A stretch of DNA of 37,735 nucleotides from Chiloscyllium plagiosum (taxonomy: Eukaryota). The position numbers were made by a program, and so were the translations under genes. Shown one piece after another: positions 11,094 through 22,670 of this stretch (its first letter is position 1; every line of letters starts with the position of its first letter). The stretch is from contig NC_057749.1 in the NCBI RefSeq assembly GCF_004010195.1, forward strand, positions 19,587,689 to 19,625,423, in the 5' to 3' direction. The notes beneath the pieces are model-generated. The model did not search any database and was not told the origin of the DNA. It saw only the letters and a program-made list of their open reading frames with translations.

Positions 11094-12589
11094 AACCTTG
11101 CTGACCAGTCTACCATAGGGAACCTTGTTGAATGCCTTACTGAAGACCATATAGATCTCGTCCACCGCTCTGGCCTCATTTAATCCTCTTTGTTACTTCT
11201 TCAAAGAACTCAATGAAGTTAATGAGACATGATTTCCCATGCACAAAGCCATGTTGACTATCCTTAATCAGTCCTTGCCTATCCAAATACATGTAAATCC
11301 TGTCCCTCAGGATTCCCTCCAACAACTTGCCACCACTGATGTCAGACTTACTGGTCTATCGTTCCTGTCTTTTCCTAACCATCTTTCTCAAATAGTGGCA
11401 CCACGTTGGCCAACCTCCAGTCTTCCGGCATCTCACCTGTGACTATTGACGATCCAAATGTCTAATCAAGGGGGCTAGCAATCACTTCCCTAGCTTCCCA
11501 CAGAGTTCTAGAATATACCTGATCAAGTCCTGGGGATTTATTCACCTTTATGCAGTTTAAGAATCCAGCTCTTCCTCCTCTGTAATGGAGACTTTTTCAA
11601 GACGTCACCATCTATTTCCCCACATTCTGTATCTTCTATGTCCTTCTCCACAGTAAATACTGATGCAAAATGCTTGTTTAGTATCTTCCCCCATCTCCTG
11701 TGGTTCCACAATAGGCTGCCTTGCTGATCTTTGAAGGGTCCTATTCTCTCCCTAGTTACCATTTTGCCCTTAATGTATTTATAAAATCACTTTGGTTTCT
11801 CCTTAACCCTATTTGCCAAAGCTATCTCATGTCCCCTTTTTGCCCTCCTAACTTCCTTCTTAAGTATACTCCTACTGCCTTTATACTCTTCTAAGGATTC
11901 ATTCGATCGCTGCTGCCTATACCTGACATATCCTTCCTTCTTTTTCTTGACCAAAACCTCAATGTCTCTCTTCATTCAGCATTCCCTACACCTACCAGCC
12001 TTGTCTTTCACCCTAACAGGAACACACTGACTCTAGACTCTTGTTATCTCAGTTATGAAGTCTTCCCATTTTTTAACCATCCCTTTACCTGCAAACATCC
12101 ACACCCAATTAACTTTTGAAAGTTCTTGCCGAATACCATCAAAATCGGCCTTCCTCCAATTCAGAAGTTTAACTTTTAGATCCTGTGTGTACTTTTCCAT
12201 CACTATTTTAAAACTAATACAGTTATGGTCAGTGGCCCCAAAGTGCTCACCCACTGACACCTCAGTCACTTGCCCTGCCTTATTTCCCAAGAGTAGGTCA
12301 AGTTTTGCACCTTCTCTAGTAGGTACATCCACATACCGAATCAGAAAATTTTCTTGTACACACTTAAATTGCTCTCCATCTAAACCCTTAATGCTGTGGC
12401 AGTCCCAGTCCAAGTTAAAATCCCCTACCATTACCACCCTATTATTCTTACAGATAACTGTTGAAGTCTTGCTCCATTTGCATTTCGATTCTTCCTGTCA
12501 AAATGGACACCAGAGTTTTTTTTTATATTAAACCCCATCTGCCAATCAGACCCAGCAGTCCTAAAATTGTCAAAAACATTTTTATAGTA

Positions 12590-13040
12590 CTATAGAAAAA
12601 TTGCAGCACAGAAAAAGGCCATTCAGCCTATTGTGTCTGCATCAGCTGAACAAACTAATTGCCCATTCCAATCCCACTTTTAAACACCTGATCCGTAGCC
12701 TTGCAGGATCCAATGCTTCAGATAGAAATCCAAATTCTTTTTAAGTGAGTCAAAGGTTTCTTCAAATATCAAATTGGGCAAATTCCAGGCATCCACCACT
12801 TTCTGGGTGAAAAATGTTTTCCTCACATTCCCTCTAATCCTTCTATTAATAACCAAAATTTGCAACTCCAATATCTGACCTCTTTGCTAAGGTAAAAAGA
12901 TTTCCTTATTGGTTAACTATCGAAGCCCCTCATAATTTTGTACACAGAGATTAAATAACCCTTCATCGTCCTGTTCAATCTTTACCTATCCAATCTTTCC
13001 CCATAGCTTAAATTTTCAACCCCTGATATCATTTTTGTTA
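12590..13040 (-). mobile_element. Degenerate CR1 3' fragment
   Basis: ORF 12680-12871 contains RIRGNVRKTFFTQKVVDAWNLP. Confidence 0.75.
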
Positions 13041-13169
13041 ATAGCCATAACCTGCTTTCTATCTTGCCAAACAAGCTATACTTTGAGAAATGTTGAAGTG
13101 CATGTCAGAGTGGGTAGCTGGTGATTTCAGCTTGTGCTGCTGGCAACAAGGAGCTTCCATGTTGCTCAA

Positions 13170-13857
13170 TGTTACAAAACGGGGTTAACTCCTCTGCTAA
13201 TTTAAGCCAGCAACACAGAAAAGACTCAGATTTTTAATCTGTTAAAATTCAAGAGGCAAAGAGCTATCCCAGACGTAAATATTTAAAGTAAAAATTGACA
13301 ACTTTATTCTTTAAATCCAACAGAGAGTTTTCAAACTAACAACTATTTACAACTCCTTTGTCTTAAACCTATCTTTTACCTCCCACTCTACAGTACTAGT
13401 CTGATAAAAACAAAACGTCATGTTTCAAAACCAGTCAGCTTTGCCGAGATTTCTCTGTAGATTTTCCTCTGTAGATTCTCTCCAGGTTGGTTTCAATGTA
13501 TTGCTGTGCAAACTCCTTCTCCAGACATGTATCTTTCAGAGTGCTCTTAAACTAACAGCATACATCTATTGGTCATTTGGCAGTTCTCTCTCAATTGTTC
13601 AAAAATGTCCAGTTTTATACCCCAAAACATCGTATTGTTTCATTGGTTTTAATATTATCAAAATATTAAATTCAAACTTTATTAAAACTGTTTGGCCGAA
13701 TTTGAATTTGTTTTTGTCTCACGGCAACCCATCTATTCTATTTGTGACAACCATGTGTGACATTATTACCTTGTTCAGAGCACTTTATACTGTGTCAGGC
13801 AGTTTTGCTAGCTTTACAACTCTCTTAAAGGTACAGTCTCTCCACACCTTCATAACA
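13170..13857 (-). repeat. 3' LTR of the Gypsy element
   Basis: TGTTAC...ATAACA; direct repeat of 18728-19447; preceded on the minus strand by purine tract AAGGGGAAG (13858-13866). Confidence 0.92.
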
Positions 13858-14007
13858 CTTCCCCTTGTAAGAAAAAAATGAACTATCATAATGAAAAGAT
13901 GGTTTATTTATTTTTTCCTTAACCACATGTTTATGACATACATATGACTTTACTCTAAGTTCATGTTTACCTCCTTCCATCTATATATAACACTGAATAA
14001 AAGTATC

Positions 14008-15400
14008 TTATCTATACTTTATCAGTTTAATCTGCGATAACACATCTGTGATTACATTCTTATGTCCCACAACATGTACGATATGTAAATTGAAAGTCTG
14101 TAACGTAAGACTCCAATAAAATAGTTTCATATTCTTGTCTTTAAAGTGTTCCAAGAATGTTAGAGGATTGTGATCTGTGTACACAACTGTCTTCAACAGT
14201 TCGTGACATACACATTAAAAGGTTGTAAGGCCAGTACCAAACTTAATAGTTCTTTTTCGATCGTGGAGTATTTCCTCTGGTGGATGTTGAGTTTCTTCGA
14301 AAAGTAACCAACTGACAGTTCAATGCCATCATCATCTTCCTGTAGCAGTACAGCTCCAACTCTTATGTCACTAGAATTGATGGCAACTTTGAATGGTTTT
14401 GAAAAGCTTGGTGCAGTTAAAACTGGTGTGGTGGTTAATATTGCTTTCAAATGGTTGAATGACTCCTGGCATTGTTCTGTCCACCGAAACTTTGTGTTCT
14501 TTTTCGATCGTGGAGTATTTCCTCTGGTGGATGTTGAGTTTCTTCGAAAAGTAACCAACTCCACCGAAACTTTGTGTTCTTCTTCAGCAAATCGGTTAAT
14601 GGTGCCACGACACTGCTGAAGTTTGAACAAATGTCCGATAGAATCCGCTGAGTCCTAAGAGTCAAAGCATCTCTTTCTCCGAGATTGGTCATGGAAATTC
14701 CTCGATGACCTTCGTCTTTGCGTTCCACGGAGTCAACCATGTTATGTCCCAAGAATGCCAGCTCTGCTTTCGTTAATTCCGCTTTATTTAAGTTTACACC
14801 AGTTTTGCTTCTCATAGTCTTTCAAAGAGCTTTGCCAAATGTACCATGTGATCTTTCCAGGACTTACTAAAGATCACTACATCATCCAAATAGACTGTAC
14901 AGTTTGTTATCCCAGCCACAATTCTGTTCATGAGTCTTTGGAATGTGGCAGGTGTGTTCTTTATTCCAAAGGGCATCACTTTAAATTGATATAGCCCATT
15001 TGGGGTTATAAATACAGAAGTGTCTTTTGCCGTCTCTGGTAAAGGTACCTGCCAGTAACCCCGCATTAAGTCCAACTTGATGGTGTAACTGGCTTGTCCA
15101 ACTTTCTCAATACAGTGCTCCAATCTCAGAATTGGATACGAGTCTGATTTTGTAATGGCATTGACTTTCCGTTAATCCATGCAAAATTGTTGTATCCCAT
15201 CCAGTTTGGGAAATAAGACAATCAACGAACTCCACTTGCTCTGGTTCGGTTCAATGATATCCTCATCGAGCATGGCCTCCACCTCCTTCTGGACCTGTTT
15301 GGCTTTGAAAGGGATATTGTTTTATCGGAGCAGTATTCCCTACGTCTATTTTATGTACAATAGCATTAGTCCTCCACATCTGATTCTTAGATATGTCCTC
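14008..15400 (-). pseudogene. pol: Gypsy reverse transcriptase + RNase H (disrupted)
   Basis: KLDLMRGYWQVP...YQFKVMPFGIKNTPATFQRLM...YLDD; SVGYFSKKL...YSTIEKELL; VYTDHNPL. Confidence 0.92.
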
Positions 15401-15559
15401 ATACTGTAGTAACACACTTCATTCTATGCTCTTGACTTACTAACTTATCCCACTCCTCAAGGACTTCTTCATTTCTCAACCTGATTTGAGGCACATCAAA
15501 ATCCACACCATCTGTATTTGATTCCTCACTTTGCGGGGCAGTAACTAACACCAGTTTCC

Positions 15560-16666
15560 CTAATACTGACCTGTCACTCCCTCAGGAAAACGTCAGCGTC
15601 TCAGAGCTTTTACCTGCCACCTGCTTCATTCTATTCTGTGTCCTCTTTAGATGCTGTTTAGCTAACTTGCCTACTCGACTTAATCTCTCCCTCACCTCCG
15701 ATACATAATCAAAGTGTGACATCTCTGACTTTGGCCCTGTCAATTTCCCTTTAATTAATTTCCAAGGGCCTCTCACTTCAAGCCCGAATATTAACTCGAA
15801 GGGAGTGAACTGAGTAGATTTGTTTGGGGCATCTCTAATGGCAAATAATACAAATGGGATACCTTTATCCCAATCATTTGGGTAATCCTGACTATGCTCT
15901 GAACATGGTCTTCAATGTCTGATGCCACCTTTCTAAAGCTCTCTGGGATTCAGGATGATACGCACCGGATTTAAAGTGCTATATACCTAAGCTATCCATA
16001 CGATCCTTAAACAGCCTTTCAGTAAAGTTTGACCCTTGGTCCAACTGAATCTCTCTGGGTAGCCCATACCGCGTGAAGAAAGCTACTAACTCCTCTACCA
16101 CCCTTTTGTCTTGATACTCCGTAATGGAATTGCCTCCGGAAATCCGGTAGACATATCCATTATGCTTAACAAGTACTGGTTCCCACTTTTAATTCTCCGG
16201 AAAGGACCTACACAATCAATTATAACCCGAATGAAAGGTTCTTCAACTGTGGGAGTGGCAACAAAGGTGCTGGTTTTATTACCGCCTGTGGTTTACCTAC
16301 CATTTGGCATGTATGACATGAACGGCAAAAGTTAACCAAATCCTTGTGCATTCCAGGCCCATAAAAATATTTTTGTACCTTAACCTGAGTCTTTCGTACC
16401 CCTAGGTGACCTCCTACTGGTAGTTCATGTGCTACCAGTAACACTTCCTGACTGTAGGCTACCGGCAACACAGTCTGTTGCACTTCGGCCCATTTCTCCT
16501 CTGGACTAACCTGCTGTAGTCTCCGTTTCCATCTTAGAAATCTATCTTTCAGACAATAACCCTCAGGAATATCATCTGCCTCCTTTTCAGAGTACGCATC
16601 CACATATATATCTTTTATCATCTTGTCCTTTTGTTGCAAGTCTCTTAGCCTTTCAGGACTAAACAC
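15560..16666 (-). pseudogene. Gypsy integrase (disrupted), upstream of RT
   Basis: HHCC motif AHELPVGGHLG...CRSCHTC; DQGSNF near 16026-16043; FTPFELIFGLEVRGP near 15770-15810. Confidence 0.9.
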
Positions 16667-16855
16667 TTCTGCCTTGCCTGTTCAGGTTTTTTCTGCACCA
16701 TTATATCAAACAGGGTATCCACTAACTGAAGCGCAACTCCTTCATCTTTCTCTTTAGCTTTTGCTTCGTGCTATGACTTATGATAGTGGGATCTGGTTCC
16801 TACACACTCTGGGAAAATACCAGGATATTTCTGTTTTAACTCTTCAGTTTCTTGG

Positions 16856-18536
16856 TCATCTTTTGGCTTCTCCACAGCATTGGTGTGTCACTTCCACCTT
16901 GGATCCAGCCAAATCATTCCCAAGAACAAACTGGATTCCTGGAACTGACCCTCTGTCAATCATTCCCATTGTAACTTCCCCAGTCTTGAGTTGGCACTCC
17001 AACCTCATCTTACATAAGGGAAAGCTACATTTCTGTCCATATCTCCCACAAATTACCCCACTCTTAGGTAACAGATCAGAAAGAGTGTAAATAGGTTCAT
17101 CTCTTACTATCAGCGACTGGTTAGATCCTGTATCTCTCAAAATTATAACTTCTTGCTCTTCTCCTCCTGTTCTAAGTAAACTTTACCCACCGAGGCAAAT
17201 TCTTTATAGAGATCAGGTACTAACTCCATACCCAGCCCTGCCTAGGCTGTGCACTCACCTGCAGCTCCTTGGCTCTTCTTGGGGTTTCCTTTACTACTTT
17301 CATTAATGCCACTGGCTTAGCTTCTTTTACCAAGTCTTTTTCCACAGCATCTTTAACGATCAGCACTGTGACTTTACGTATCCCACTTTACCACAGTGGA
17401 AACACCTGAGGCCTTTCATCTCCTTTCCACCCTCTTGGGCTTCTTCTTTAACCTGTGGTAAACTCTTAGCAGTGTTCTCTACTCATTGTTTCGTAGCATA
17501 GGATCTTCCCTTCTCCCAACTTCTATCCCTCACAGGATGAGATTCTGGCCGGAAACTTGTCTTATGCACCGACATGTATTCATCTGCTAATTCTGCTGCC
17601 CTTCTCACTTCCTGAACTTTCTATTCCTCCACGTGAATTCTTACCATTGCTGGAAGTGAGTTTTTAAACTTCTCCAGCAGAATATTCTCTCTTAGAGCTT
17701 CATAGGTCCTATCTATCTTTAAAGCATGTAGCCATCTAGCAAAATGACTACGTTTGATTCTTTCGACCTCAACGTTAGTCTGACCTTGTTCCTTCCTTAT
17801 GTTTCTGAATCATTGTCTATGTGCTTCTAGTACAAATTCAAAAGCACTTAAAATAGTCTGTTTGACCTCTTCATAATCTCTTGACCCCTTATCTGACAGC
17901 GCCGCAAATACCTCACTAGCTCTGCCTACCAGTTTAGTCTGAACTAGCATTACCCATAAATCCTCAGACCATGCTGTCTGCCTAGCTGATTTTTCAAATG
18001 AAATAAAAAAGGCTTCAACATCTTTTTCATCAAAATATGGCAGAGTTTTGACATATTTGTACATATCACTAACTTCTCTTTTAAATCTCCATCCTGTTAA
18101 CTTGATTTTGCTGACTAAGTCGCAACTTCAAGTTCAAATTATCTCTTTTTGTCTCTCCCTTTCTTCTTTCTCTCTCCTTTTTCTTCTCTCTCTTTGCTCA
18201 GCTAAGAACCTTTTTCCTCTCTTTTCCTTCTCTCTCTATTCTCTCTCTTTCCCTTTCTCTCTCCCTCTCTCTTTCTTCTCTGTCTCTCTCTCTCTTTATC
18301 TTCTAACTCCTTTTTCCTCAATTGTAATTTAACTTTTTCTCCCTCTACTGCACTTGTCTGTTTCTCTGACACACCTGTTTGAGTCATTCCCTTACAATTT
18401 CAGCTTTACTTTTGTCCTTGGTTAAACCCAAAACTAATTCTAAAAATATGGCCTTTCTCTTTTCTTCTAAACTTTCTTGTCAAATTTGAGAATCATCTTC
18501 AAATCCCAGAACCTGTTTGGCAATTTTAAGAGCCAT
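16856..18536 (-). pseudogene. gag: Gypsy gag (E/R/K coiled coil, capsid/SCAN-related region, zinc knuckle) and aspartic protease (disrupted)
   Basis: PYFDEKDVEAFFISFEKSA...W...L.G.A; CFHCGKVGYVKSQC near 17364-17405; protease LRDTGS near 17140; candidate ATG at 18536. Confidence 0.85.
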
Positions 18537-18698
18537 TTCTCTCACTTTTAATTTAATCAACCACAAGTCACCGAAATTAAACAAATTGTCTCACCTACGT
18601 ATTATTTAATGATCTAGGACACTAACCTAAAGTGGGCTTTTTTGTACCCCAAATCAATTCAAATCTGTTCAAATCTCAGACTGGATCTGTCTAAACCT

Positions 18699-18724
18699 GT
18701 TCAAATCACGGATGAAAGCCACTA
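18699..18724 (-). promoter_or_regulatory. Degenerate primer-binding site (tRNA-Pro-like)
   Basis: Plus strand GTTCAAATCACGGATGAAAGCCACTA resembles the tRNA-Pro 3' end GTTCAAATCCCGGACGAGCCCCCA and lies 3 nt from the 5' LTR. Confidence 0.65.
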
Positions 18725-18727
18725 AAC

Positions 18728-19447
18728 TGTTACGACACAGGGTAAACCACTCTGCTAATTTAAACCAGCTACACAGAAAAGGTTCACCCCGTGCTGTAAT
18801 CTGTTAAAATTCGAGAGGCAAAGATTTATCCCAGAGTTAAATATTTAAAGTTAAAATTAACAATATTATTCTTTAAGTCCAACAGACAATATTAAAAATA
18901 ACAACTATTTACAACTCCTTTCTCTTAAACCTATCTTTTACCTCTCACTCTACAATACTAGTCTGATAAAAAAAATTCTGATTAAGATTTACAAAAAAAA
19001 TTTCAAAAACAGTCAGCTTTGCCGAGTTTCCTCTGTAGATTCTCTCTAGGTTGGTTTCGATGTTTTGCTGTGCAAACTCCTTCGCCAGACAGGTACCTGT
19101 CAGAGATCTCTTAAACTAGCGGCCTACATTTGTTGGTCTTTTGGCAGTTCTCTCTCAATTGTTCAAAAAATGTCCAGTTTTATACCCCAAAACATCAGAT
19201 CACTTCATTGGTTTTAATATTATCAAAATACTAAATTCAAACTTGATTGGAGTTTGGTATGTAGGGTTATAATTTAAACTGATTGGCTGAATTTGAATTT
19301 GTTTTTTTCTAATGGTAACCCAGTTACTCCATTTGTGTCGACCATGTGTGACATTGTTACCTTGTTCAGAACACTTTGTACTGTGTCAGGCAGTTTTGCT
19401 AGCTTTACAACTCTCTTAAAGGTTTAATCCCACTACACCTTCTACCA
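18728..19447 (-). repeat. 5' LTR of the Gypsy element
   Basis: TGTTAC...CTACCA; diverged direct repeat of 13170-13857. Confidence 0.92.
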
Positions 19448-20849
19448 TCAACACAGACAGCATGATCCATGGCCACCAGCTGCGCACAGCCTTGTCTATG
19501 GACACTGACATCTGAAATTTGCCAACCTCTCATGACGATTATGGCACCTTTCTGATCCACTTGTAGGACAGTTGGGAAGCATAGATTTGGTTTTCAGGAT
19601 GCATCAGCAACTAGCACTGAAAGGCTGCTGCAAGGACATATTTAGGGACAAGAACTAAGCTTACAGAATGGACTAGCCTCATCCCTGGGCTGATTGGTTG
19701 CTCTGTTAGCATTTGCTCATTTAGCATGCTGCCTGCAGCATCCATGCCTTGTCTTACCATGTGTTAGCACCTCAACCAGTACCAAATGCTATCAGTACTG
19801 CTGAATTAACATGCTCTTTTGTACATAGAATGTGACAGGTCATGTTTGTCAGTAGGGGTCTGTCTGGGGGTTGGGGTCATCTTGCTATATGGAACGCAGA
19901 ATATTACCAATAGCGTATGCCAGCTGCTTATGTAGCAATCATGCAATATATTTATTTAACGAAATGAGTAAATCTGAAAGTGGGTGGATGCTAAGTCATC
20001 AGTCCACTCAAGGATTGGGCTGCTGTCTGTAAGAGGGTCCTAGTGCCATCAGTCATGGTCACAGTTTGCACATAGTCCAGGACAGGGGATAGTCTGAGTG
20101 CAGTCTGGAATGTGGTCAATGGTAAGTCCTGTAGAACCAGCAGCAAAGACAGTGACCAGGTGTTGGTCAAGTAGGGGCTGCTTGTCAAAGTTGATCAGAG
20201 GTCTGGAATGAATATAGTCCTGGTGATCCTTATCAGTCATTGAGGGGGGCGCAAGAAGGGCTTGTAGGAGCTGGGGAGTTCGGGCTGGTGGTATTTGGGA
20301 GGTGGAGACCATCATTTCAGGATCTGTCATGTAAGCCTAATAGTGATGTGCACTGAATGGAATGAAAAATTAAATGATTGATGTGGATCTGGGATGGAAA
20401 TGGATCAGGAGCTCAGCACACACTCCCTTTAGATGTCATGTGTTGGTCACTCAGCCAGCATATAAAAATGGTGAACATGCTGAGGCTGAAGCTGAATGGA
20501 GACATGGACTCCGTTATTGGGTCCAGCATGTTTCAGTGTATGGAGTATGCGCAGCTATCATCTGCAAGGAATGCCACTACCCACCGTTCTGAGACCTAAG
20601 AACCTCTCTTGCTCTAGATGTTCCTGAAATATGTTGTTTAAAGCAAGATTTTTGTGCTCAGCCTCTGTGACTTCCATCCCAAAAACAAGGAGGTGAATGC
20701 ACAAGAACACAGTGGCAAGCCCAGAGCCAACAGCAGATTGCTGTGGCATACAAGGAGCACCCATCTCCCGGAGAGGTTTCAGCTCTGGAGTTTTATGGCC
20801 CTGACTCCACTTCCAGGGGATGAACAAGGCACAGTGTAAGTGTAGGGTG

Positions 20850-21760
20850 AATAATTATTGGGACACTGTGGGATGGAACTATGTCAGATGCTGGAGCAGG
20901 ACTTCAGTACTGCAGGAATGGGAGGCCATCCTTGCTTGGAGGCTGTGAAAGTGATAACTGATTTAAACTTCTGTCCAACTGGCTCCTTCTAGGGAGTGAT
21001 GGATGACCTGTGTGGGATCTCTTGGTTGGGTACCTGCAAATGTGTCAAGTCAATGATTGATTTGTGCAAGATCACTCCAGTTCATTTTGTTTCTCCATGA
21101 CAAGGCCAATGCTTCACCCTGGGCAGTAGGATTCTGAAACATAGCTGTCTTGCCCCAAATGCAGATAGGTGGCACTGAGAAGGCCATATCACAACACTGC
21201 AGAATTCATCATTGGGAGGGGTTCCATTCCTTAAATGTTGAAATAATCTGTGATCACTGTTATCAGTTCCTGAGGATATGTGTCCGATGCCCTGGCAGCT
21301 GCCACGACTCATATATTCTGGAAGACTCTCACATATCTAGTGCATTTAAGGATCCAGATGCCTGACAAGCCTGATTACTGGAGGACAAGGGCTACCCATT
21401 GCACCAGGCCCAATGACACCATTGCACAACTCCTTAGATGGTGCAGAACACAGATAAATGCTGCCCATACTTGGATCACACAGTAGTGGAGCAGATGATT
21501 GGGCTGTTGAATATGCAGTTCCATTGCTTGGACTGTTCTGGGCCACTGTAGGATTATCTACGCAGAGTGTGTTGCATCATCCTGGTCTGCTGTGTTCTTC
21601 ATAATTGCAGCAGGCAATGAAGCGACGCGTTAGATATTGAGGAACTGGGGAAGTGGGAGCAATGTTCTGAGGATGACAATGAGGACACGTGGGAGGAGGA
21701 AGCTTTCCTTGTGCATTATAGAAATCATTGTGTTGGGCACTAAAATTGATACCTAGTTCC
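20850..21760 (+). pseudogene. PIF/Harbinger DDE transposase relic (HARBI1-like family)
   Basis: Broken frames read AVKV...LNF...GSF, GFHSLNVEIICDH...PGSCHDSYIL, LLEDKGYPL, VVEQMIGLL.MQFHCLD, IILVCCVLHN, then an acidic tail. Confidence 0.85.
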
Positions 21761-22399
21761 AGTCAATGAGACCAGGGTGAAGTAGACCATCACAGAATGT
21801 ATGATTGACACTGTTCCAAGATACCAGCATTTGACTTGCATTGGTTGGGTGACTTGCAGATTCTATTCATTTTGTTTGTGTTCATTTTTTATGGTTGCAA
21901 ATAAAAGCTCATTAGAATTGTCCAACTACTTGTCTGTATTTGATGATGACAATCTGCCGATGCCCAATGGGCATTGGGGAAAGAATAACAGTAACCTAGA
22001 GAGTCTGTTAGATGGGATATAGGTGAGGACAGGTAAACTGTGGTCGGGTAGTTAAATAACAACTAGTGTGAGAAGATGGGGTCACATGTGAAGGTGTATC
22101 AGCTATGTGCTGCAGCAGCATGGCTTTGTGGCTGCTGTGCCATTATGGTGCCAGTGAGGGATTTGTCAGATTGCCAATGGTTGTTCAGGTGCACAGTGGC
22201 CTTGTGAAGGTGGCATAGATGCAAGGGATGCTGGCCTTTCGATGGACATGTGGTGAGGGTATGATGCTTTATAAGATAGCAAGTTTTATAAGGTTTGCCA
22301 AGAAATCTCGCGAGGCCTCGCGGCAAGAAACCCTCTGGGATACTCAGTGAAAACTTGCACTTAGCCAGGAAACATAAGATTCAACTCTGTTTTTCCTTG

Positions 22400-22670
22400 T
22401 GAATACGGTTTAAAAATTAGGGATCTCCATCAATGATGGAGAGGAAGAGTGATTTTTTTTTTCTCAGATTAGCTCGTAGCATTCTATTCCGCAGAGAACA
22501 GGGAGGCTGGATCATTGAATTATTCAGTCTTGAAGATATTCATATTTTTGATCCATAAGAGTGATGAGGTCAGTTAGAAAAGTGACAGTAAGAAGATGAT
22601 CTTTTTGACTAGTGGAGCAGGGTGGTGGGGCTGAATTGCCTAATCCTGTTCCTAATCCTTGTGTTGTATT
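22400..22670 (+). mobile_element. Highly degenerate CR1 3' end
   Basis: ttaaaaattaggg...tttttttctcag...gaggctggatcattgaat...gggctgaattgcctaatcctgttcctaat resembles other CR1 ends in the window. Confidence 0.6.

Larger units (their letters stand above)
8661..12458 (-). mobile_element. CR1 LINE, near-complete decayed ORF2 (EN+RT), interrupted by SINE and Penelope
   Basis: ORF fragments VMVGDFN...LDLLLGN...TDHNCISF (EN), FSKAFNKVP, SGVPQGSVLGP...KFADDTK (RT), WAEEWQMEFNLDKCEVLH; (ATGACTCT)-type tail at 8661-8680. Confidence 0.92.
13170..19447 (-). mobile_element. Full-length decayed Ty3/Gypsy LTR retrotransposon, Gmr1-like (gag-PR-IN-RT-RH)
   Basis: Two LTRs with TG...CA ends, TCAA TSD (13166-13169, 19448-19451), PPT, tRNA-Pro-like PBS, and all protein domains as broken ORFs. 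Confidence 0.95.

Noticed and set aside
13420..13881. 153-aa plus-strand ORF
   Set aside because: Lies inside the LTR, antisense to the element, with no recognisable homology; treated as a chance ORF.
18145..18300. CT-rich microsatellite
   Set aside because: It is the antisense of the E/R/K-rich coiled-coil segment of gag, not an independent repeat.
20850..21760. Domesticated HARBI1 gene
   Set aside because: Multiple stops and frameshifts mark it as a dead transposon copy.
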